NCBI RefSeq assembly: GCF_009914755.1
Contig: NC_060933.1
Length of the DNA: 64,000 nt
Reading direction: 5' to 3' (one strand)
Origin: the human T2T-CHM13v2.0 reference genome, Homo sapiens
Shown: piece after piece, positions 55,859 through 64,000 of the stretch
Layout of the letters: each line of letters starts with the position of its first letter
Numbering within the stretch: the stretch's first letter is position 1
The notes under the pieces: model-generated
The model's input: the letters and a program-made list of their open reading frames with translations, nothing else
Told to the model about the DNA's origin: nothing
Databases searched by the model: none
Program-made: the position numbers and the translations under genes

Positions 55859-56193
55859 GATGAGTTCATGTCCTTTACAGGGACATGGATGAAGCTGGAA
55901 ACCATCATTCTGAGCAAACTGTCACAAGGACAGAAAACCAGACATGGCATGTTCTCACTCATAGGTGGGAATTGACAGTAAGAACACTTGGACCAAAGGC
56001 GGGGAACATCACACACGGGAGCCTGTCATGGGATGGGGGGCAGGGGGGAGGCATAGCATTAGGAGAAATACCTAATGTAAATGACGAGTTAATGGGTGCA
56101 GCAAACCAACATGGTACATGTATACCTATGTAATAAACCTGCACATTGTGCACTTGTACCCTAGAACTTAAAGTATAATAATAAAAAAAAAAA
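55859..56193 (+). mobile_element. 5'-truncated L1PA 3' end inserted in the ERVL RT
   Basis: L1PA 3'UTR + tail; perfect 18-bp TSD GAAAAGAATGCCTTTGTC (55841-55858 / 56194-56211). Confidence 0.95.
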
Positions 56194-57906
56194 GAAAAGA
56201 ATGCCTTTGTCAGTTCACTGGCCCTATACCATGTACCTGAACACTCATCAATCTGCTGTAGCAATTAACCCATATCTGGCACAGTAGCTGTGATGGAGGC
56301 TACTGCTTGTTTAAGCCTGCAGCAGCCTTCAGTCATTCCCCAGGACCCACCCAGGGATGTGGTACTGTTTTTTTGTTTGTTTGTTTGTTTCTCTGAGTCC
56401 GCTTGCTAGGGAAGATATTGTTTGTTTACTCTCTTGGCTGGGAGAGGAGGGAAGGTGAGGGAACAGTTTCAAGGTTTCTACTTGGCCTTTCTCACTATTA
56501 CATCTTTTACCTCACAGGCTAAGAACCCAATATGAGGGTTACTCTAATATCTAAGTATACCAGTGCAGTCAGGAACAGGAAAAAATGACCACTGGGTGCA
56601 TCCACAAACTAAGCAGGTCCACTCTGAGCCAGATTTTAGCCAGGACTTCATTTATTAGTTGGTCTCTGTAGACCTCGTATTCTATTAGAACCATGAGGAT
56701 GTTTTGGGCCTCTAAGTATCAATATCAACTCAGACTGTGTATCCAGTAGTCCTCCAAATGTCTAGGTATTTTCCCTTCCTTGGTTTATAATCACCCAAGT
56801 AAACAGCCCCAGGTCCTTTTCAGGAAAAAAAAACTAGGGGATTCATCACAGTATATATTGGTCCTGGTGTTGCTACCTATTTTTCTCCCAGAGAATTATG
56901 CTCTATTACCATCTCTACAACTCCCTCAAGCTGAAGCTCCTTGGCTGTCCCTCAGACCTTGAAGGTTGTTACAATTATTATAGCCTCTATTACATTGAAG
57001 CTCATTAGTCCCATGGATATCAATGAGCCCAGCTCTGTAACCACCTCTCCTACTATCAGCCCCTGAACTGCAGAGGGGAGCCACCACTGTGGTGCTAGTG
57101 CTGCTTTCAGCAGTATTTTCCTGATGGCCTGGGTGAACTATATGTCTTCTGAGCTCTGCCATAAGACATAATCAACTGGTATGTTTTGTAGCCTGCATAA
57201 TATAGCTATTCTTGCTTGCTCACTTTCCTCAGCCTCTTTATTTCTTCTACCATCTGTCAGAATAGCTAAAGCATTTCTACTTCACTCAACATTGGCCATC
57301 ACTTTCTTCAAGTCTCTAAGAACCACCCTATTCTCTAGGGTTCTTGCCAGGGTGTTAAATCCTGTGTTCCAAAAAATTGTTCACAATCAAAGCATGATGT
57401 AGGCTGATAAAAAGAAAAAAATGTTCACAAGTCATTATCCAGTCTTATATTCTAGCCTGCTTGATGAAGCACCCTCAAAATACAATCCCAGGTATATCAC
57501 CTAGCTTCTGCCAATATGTGATAGCTAATTCTTTTAGTTCCTTCAGTGTATAACATTTTGTCTCCCTTATCAGGTCTATCACTTCCTGGCCAGGTTGTGC
57601 TGGTATTTAACCCTAAGTTTTTGGCCTAACAGCCAGGAGAAGGGGTAGAGCCCCTGAGAGGGCCAGCTGTTGCCTTATGAGAGAAGGGACTCTGCAACAT
57701 CTATCAATACACAAATGCCAGCTCTTACTAGAGAAGAGTAGACCACTTCTGCAGTCTTAGGGTTCAGAGGGTCTTTACAGCCAACATCTTCAAAGCATTC
57801 ATCCAGATGTCTGTATGCCATATGCCAGGGCCCCAAGTTTTTCCAACCAGGACCATGACTGTAGCATAATAGACCTGCCTTGCCTGCTTATTTAAATGTC
57901 TCTGGA

Positions 57907-58130
57907 TTAGCCAGGCATGGTGGCACATGCCTGTAATCCCAGCTGTTTGGGAACCTGAAGTGGGAGGATTGCTTGAGTCCAGGAGTTTGAGACTACAATG
58001 TGCTATGATTGTGCCTGTGGATAGCCACTGCACTTCAGCCTGGGAAACATAATGAGAACTTGTCTCTTAAAAAAAAAAAAAAAAAAGGAAAAAAAGAAAG
58101 AGAAATCTAAAAAATCAAAAATAAAATAAA
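57907..58130 (+). mobile_element. AluJ right arm / FRAM
   Basis: Monomer with long A-rich tail; flanking repeat tctctgga. Confidence 0.85.
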
Positions 58131-58673
58131 TTCTCTGGACCTCTTAACTGTTAATCGTCCTCTGATTCTCATTATCCCTCTGCAAAGCATCAATTCAGCT
58201 TAGTAGTAGCCAGCCAACTCCACTGTCTTTGTATGCACTGTTCCCCCCATGTCTTCCAAATGACAGAATCATTGTACCAGCAAAGGCAATCCTTTCAATC
58301 AGAGAGTTTTCCCAGGTAACCTCTAGTGAAATCTTTAGCACCTGTACCACCACTGCATGCCAGGGACTATCCAAGTACCACCCAAGAGGGAGTAATCTCT
58401 GGTTACTAGACAATGGGTGAACTATACCCGGAACTCCATCTTATACCTATTTTCTTGGACCATGTGTGTTGGTTAGGTCATCAAATGGGAAGATGTCAAG
58501 ATGAGATTAGATACACAAGAGCTTTGGAAGGGGTGAGGGAGGGTGAATTCCTGTGAGGGAAAATAGAGGGAATCAGAGAAGGCTGGGAGAGCTATCAGAA
58601 CACGACATAGGTCCGAGTCCTGTGTAGGTGAGACAGAAAGAAAGAAGGTTAGTGTGGAAGAGCCTTACACTGC

Positions 58674-59047
58674 TGCTATGGTATGAATGTCCCTTCCAAA
58701 ACCCATGTCGAATTTAATTGCCATTGTGACGGTATTAGGAGGTGGGATCTTTAAGGGGTCTGCCCTCATGAATAGACTAATTCTGTTGTCTCGGGAGTGG
58801 ATTCACTGTCATAGGAGTGGGTTCTTGATAAAATGATGTTTGGTCCCACCCTTCCTCCCTCTGTCTCCTGTACTCACTTGCCCTTCCACCATGTTATAAC
58901 ACAGCACAAAGGCCCTTGTTTGATGCCAGTGCCATGCTCTTCTTAAACTTCCCAACCTTCAGAATCATGAGCTAAATACACTTATTTTCTTTATAAATTA
59001 CCCAGTCTGTGGTATTTTGTTACAGCAGCAGAAAATAGACTAAGAAA
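58674..59047 (+). mobile_element. MST-type MaLR LTR inside the ERVL 5' LTR
   Basis: tgctatggtatgaatgtcc...aaatagactaagaaa; TSD ACTGC (58669-58673 / 59048-59052). Confidence 0.88.
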
Positions 59048-60408
59048 ACTGCCATGCTGTTTTAAGAAAATTTCAGCAAGGCCAATGGGAATTCCTCAAG
59101 CCAAAGTAGCCTGTCAAAGGAGTCCTACATCTTGTCAGAATAAGCCTGCCTTAGTACCCTGCTGCAATCACTTGTTGGCTGAGAACAGTCGATGGAAAGT
59201 GTGGCCTTTAGTGCAAATGCAGTTGATTCGGAGTGCAGCAGCTAGGGTTGCCAGTACTATGCTCTGCAGTAGGAGATAGGAAAGGCATATTCTTTATGGT
59301 CACCACAACACCTTGCAGGATTATTTGGAGGATTAAATAAAATAATATAATCTATGTAAAATGTTTAACTATACTTAACACATAGCAGGCACTTAACACA
59401 TGCATTCTGTTAGTTGTTGGTGTTATTATTAATGGTAGGTGGTTCCTAACTGCCTCATTGAGAAGACAATATCTTGTCTATTTAGAAGCTACCTCCTTAA
59501 TGTCTTGACACCTTCATGGTCAAGTCTGATAGAAACAGATTCTTTCTATTCTGTTCAACAAGAGTTTCAACTTCTGGCATGTAAGACAGGGTTTTTTTCT
59601 AAGTGATTGACACTATTTCTCTTGTAAGTTTCCATATCCATTTCCAAACCCATTTGAAGATGTGACTTTGCTGTTTTACAGGTTTATAGGCACAATTTTA
59701 GATTAATCTAATTAAAGCCAATATATTATAGATCGAGATTTCTAGTTCTACATGGGGTGATTATTTGACAATATGTGAAAGTACTTTACAAAGTATACAA
59801 AAATTAGATAAATGCTGACATAATTTTTATGATAATGATGATGAAGTTGGTGTTTTAAGAAGTTGCATACAGCTACAGACTACCCAGGGATTGGTCTTAC
59901 AAAGAGAAGGCAGGAAGGACAATTTGGAATTTATTGACACAAGCAGGTGCAAGGTCACAAAGATCCAGACCAGGGTGATGAAATTTGGGAGAAGAAGATG
60001 AGAAACATTTAAATGGAAAAATCATCAGAAATTTGTAATTAATTTGCTCTGATGAATAAGAAAGGGAAATGAAACAAAAAGAAATCAAAAGTTCCCAGGT
60101 CCTAAGAAAAAAGGGTGGTTCAGTTGAGAGGGTAGAATGGACATCTGTTTTTAAAATCTGCCCCTCAATTCTTTTCTCCTCTTCTTCTACCAACAGCAAC
60201 CCTCGCCTTTAGAGAACTTTCCCCACTCTGCTCCATGTGGTTCTCATTCAGCTGCCAATTATAGTATTGTACTTCCTTGTCACAGGGTGAGCTTGAGACT
60301 CGGACCTAGCCAATTATAGAGTCCCATCCTTCTAGCCACAGTGGTTGTCCCAGTAATGGGCATATGACAAGTAATTTCAACAAGTGACCTTCCTTTAGAT
60401 TTTATTTA

Positions 60409-61942
<1,534 letters not shown>

Positions 61943-62004
61943 TATTTCACAGTCTGAAAAAATCCAAACTCTCAAGCATTTCAGATAAGGGATACTCAAC
62001 TTGT

Positions 62005-64000
<1,996 letters not shown>

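Larger units (their letters stand above)
52501..59307 (-). mobile_element. decayed ERVL-class provirus with two LTRs (52501-52919 and 58463-59307; LTR16/LTR33-like)
   Basis: Homologous LTR ends (cagtaggagat...aggca(c/t)attct...atggtc(a)ccaca); ERVL-type RT remnant TKAFFSIPISKEDQKQFIFIWDGQKYSFTICPQGYVNAPALCHNII on the minus strand; TGG-starting PBS-like sequence at 58462 and purine tract at 52935-52920. Confidence 0.8.

Overview
Hominid (human-like) genomic DNA, mostly interspersed repeats. The one protein-coding gene I can support is on the minus strand and belongs to the SPATA31/FAM205 family. I recognise it as SPATA31F3/FAM205C (9p13.3, from memory). It reconstructs as 5 coding exons (8743-8600, 8105-8060, 7522-7462, 6172-5679, 2655-2384), 1017 nt = 338 aa. 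Its last intron appears to be decayed ancestral coding exon that is now spliced out (intronization). A cluster of retrocopies lies at 29.9-36.1 kb: a GLUL processed pseudogene sits inside an unidentified 5'-truncated minus-strand retrocopy, which sits inside a Tigger DNA transposon; a YWHAZ processed pseudogene sits inside a near-full-length old L1. The window also holds an SVA (49.1-50.8 kb), a decayed two-LTR ERVL-class provirus with six nested insertions inside a MIR (52.5-59.3 kb), several MaLR and ERV LTRs, a Tigger3, L1/L2 fragments and about 28 Alus or Alu fragments. I found no CRISPR array, RNA gene or prokaryote-type system. Repeat subfamily names come from recall of consensus sequences, and repeat boundaries are approximate unless a target-site duplication (TSD) is given.
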